Below are positions 63,656-64,000 of a stretch of 64,000 nucleotides of DNA, in pieces. The DNA is from the human T2T-CHM13v2.0 reference genome, Homo sapiens. Made by a program: the position numbers and the translations under genes. Each line of letters opens with the position of its first letter. The stretch's first letter is position 1. The stretch lies in assembly GCF_009914755.1 (NCBI RefSeq), contig NC_060926.1; one strand, 5' to 3'. The notes beneath the pieces were generated by a model. It was not told the DNA's origin and ran no database searches. It saw nothing but the letters and a program-made list of their open reading frames with translations.

Positions 63656-64000
63656 ACGTCACGGCCGCCAGCCCGGGGCCTCCACGGGCGACTGAGGCTG
63701 CGCAGTTGACTTCCTCATCACCAACAGGGCAGTCTTGGTTTCAAAACCAGATCTGGTTGTTTCTTTGAGCGCTAGGATTTAGACAAACATTGTGATTATT
63801 TTCAATTAAAAATTATTCATGCCAAACATACAACCATAATTCGATATCTAGTATAAGTAGCCTTCTCTTTCCTTTTTTTTTCCGGACACTCAATGGTGAA
63901 ATGCTTCATTACTTTAAAAACATGCCCAGGCCGAACGATGGGGACTCTAAAAAGATCAGCGGTTTGCCAGGGGTTGGGGAGGAGGGAGATGAATAGGTGG

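Overview
Primate (human) genomic DNA, repeat-rich, containing the complete CYBRD1 gene (DCYTB, duodenal cytochrome b, ascorbate-dependent ferric reductase) on the + strand. Four coding exons (11695-11887, 30735-30943, 42500-42654, 43678-43981) splice to 861 nt = 286 aa + stop. The gene has a CpG-island promoter and a ~3.3 kb 3' UTR ending near AATAAA at 47265. Upstream is a full-length, ORF-intact RPS15 retrocopy on the - strand (16-bp TSD, poly(A)). Downstream is a poly(A)-tailed, internally deleted HERV-W processed copy on the - strand. The rest is about 45 Alu elements or fragments, ERV1/MaLR LTRs, L1/L2/MIR relics and simple repeats; nearly all other entries in the ORF track are Alu- or GC-content artefacts. 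I see no evidence of a wholly new multi-gene system. The strongest leads are: a strong-context 3-codon uORF whose stop overlaps the CYBRD1 start (UGAUG); a TATA-linked alternative first exon; a second open frame across exons 3-4; the intact RPS15 retrocopy; a perfect 75-bp tandem duplication; twin 66-bp AT palindromes just past the poly(A) site; and a bipartite CTCF-like site. Repeat subfamily names and comparisons to reference sequences are from memory, and repeat boundaries are approximate.
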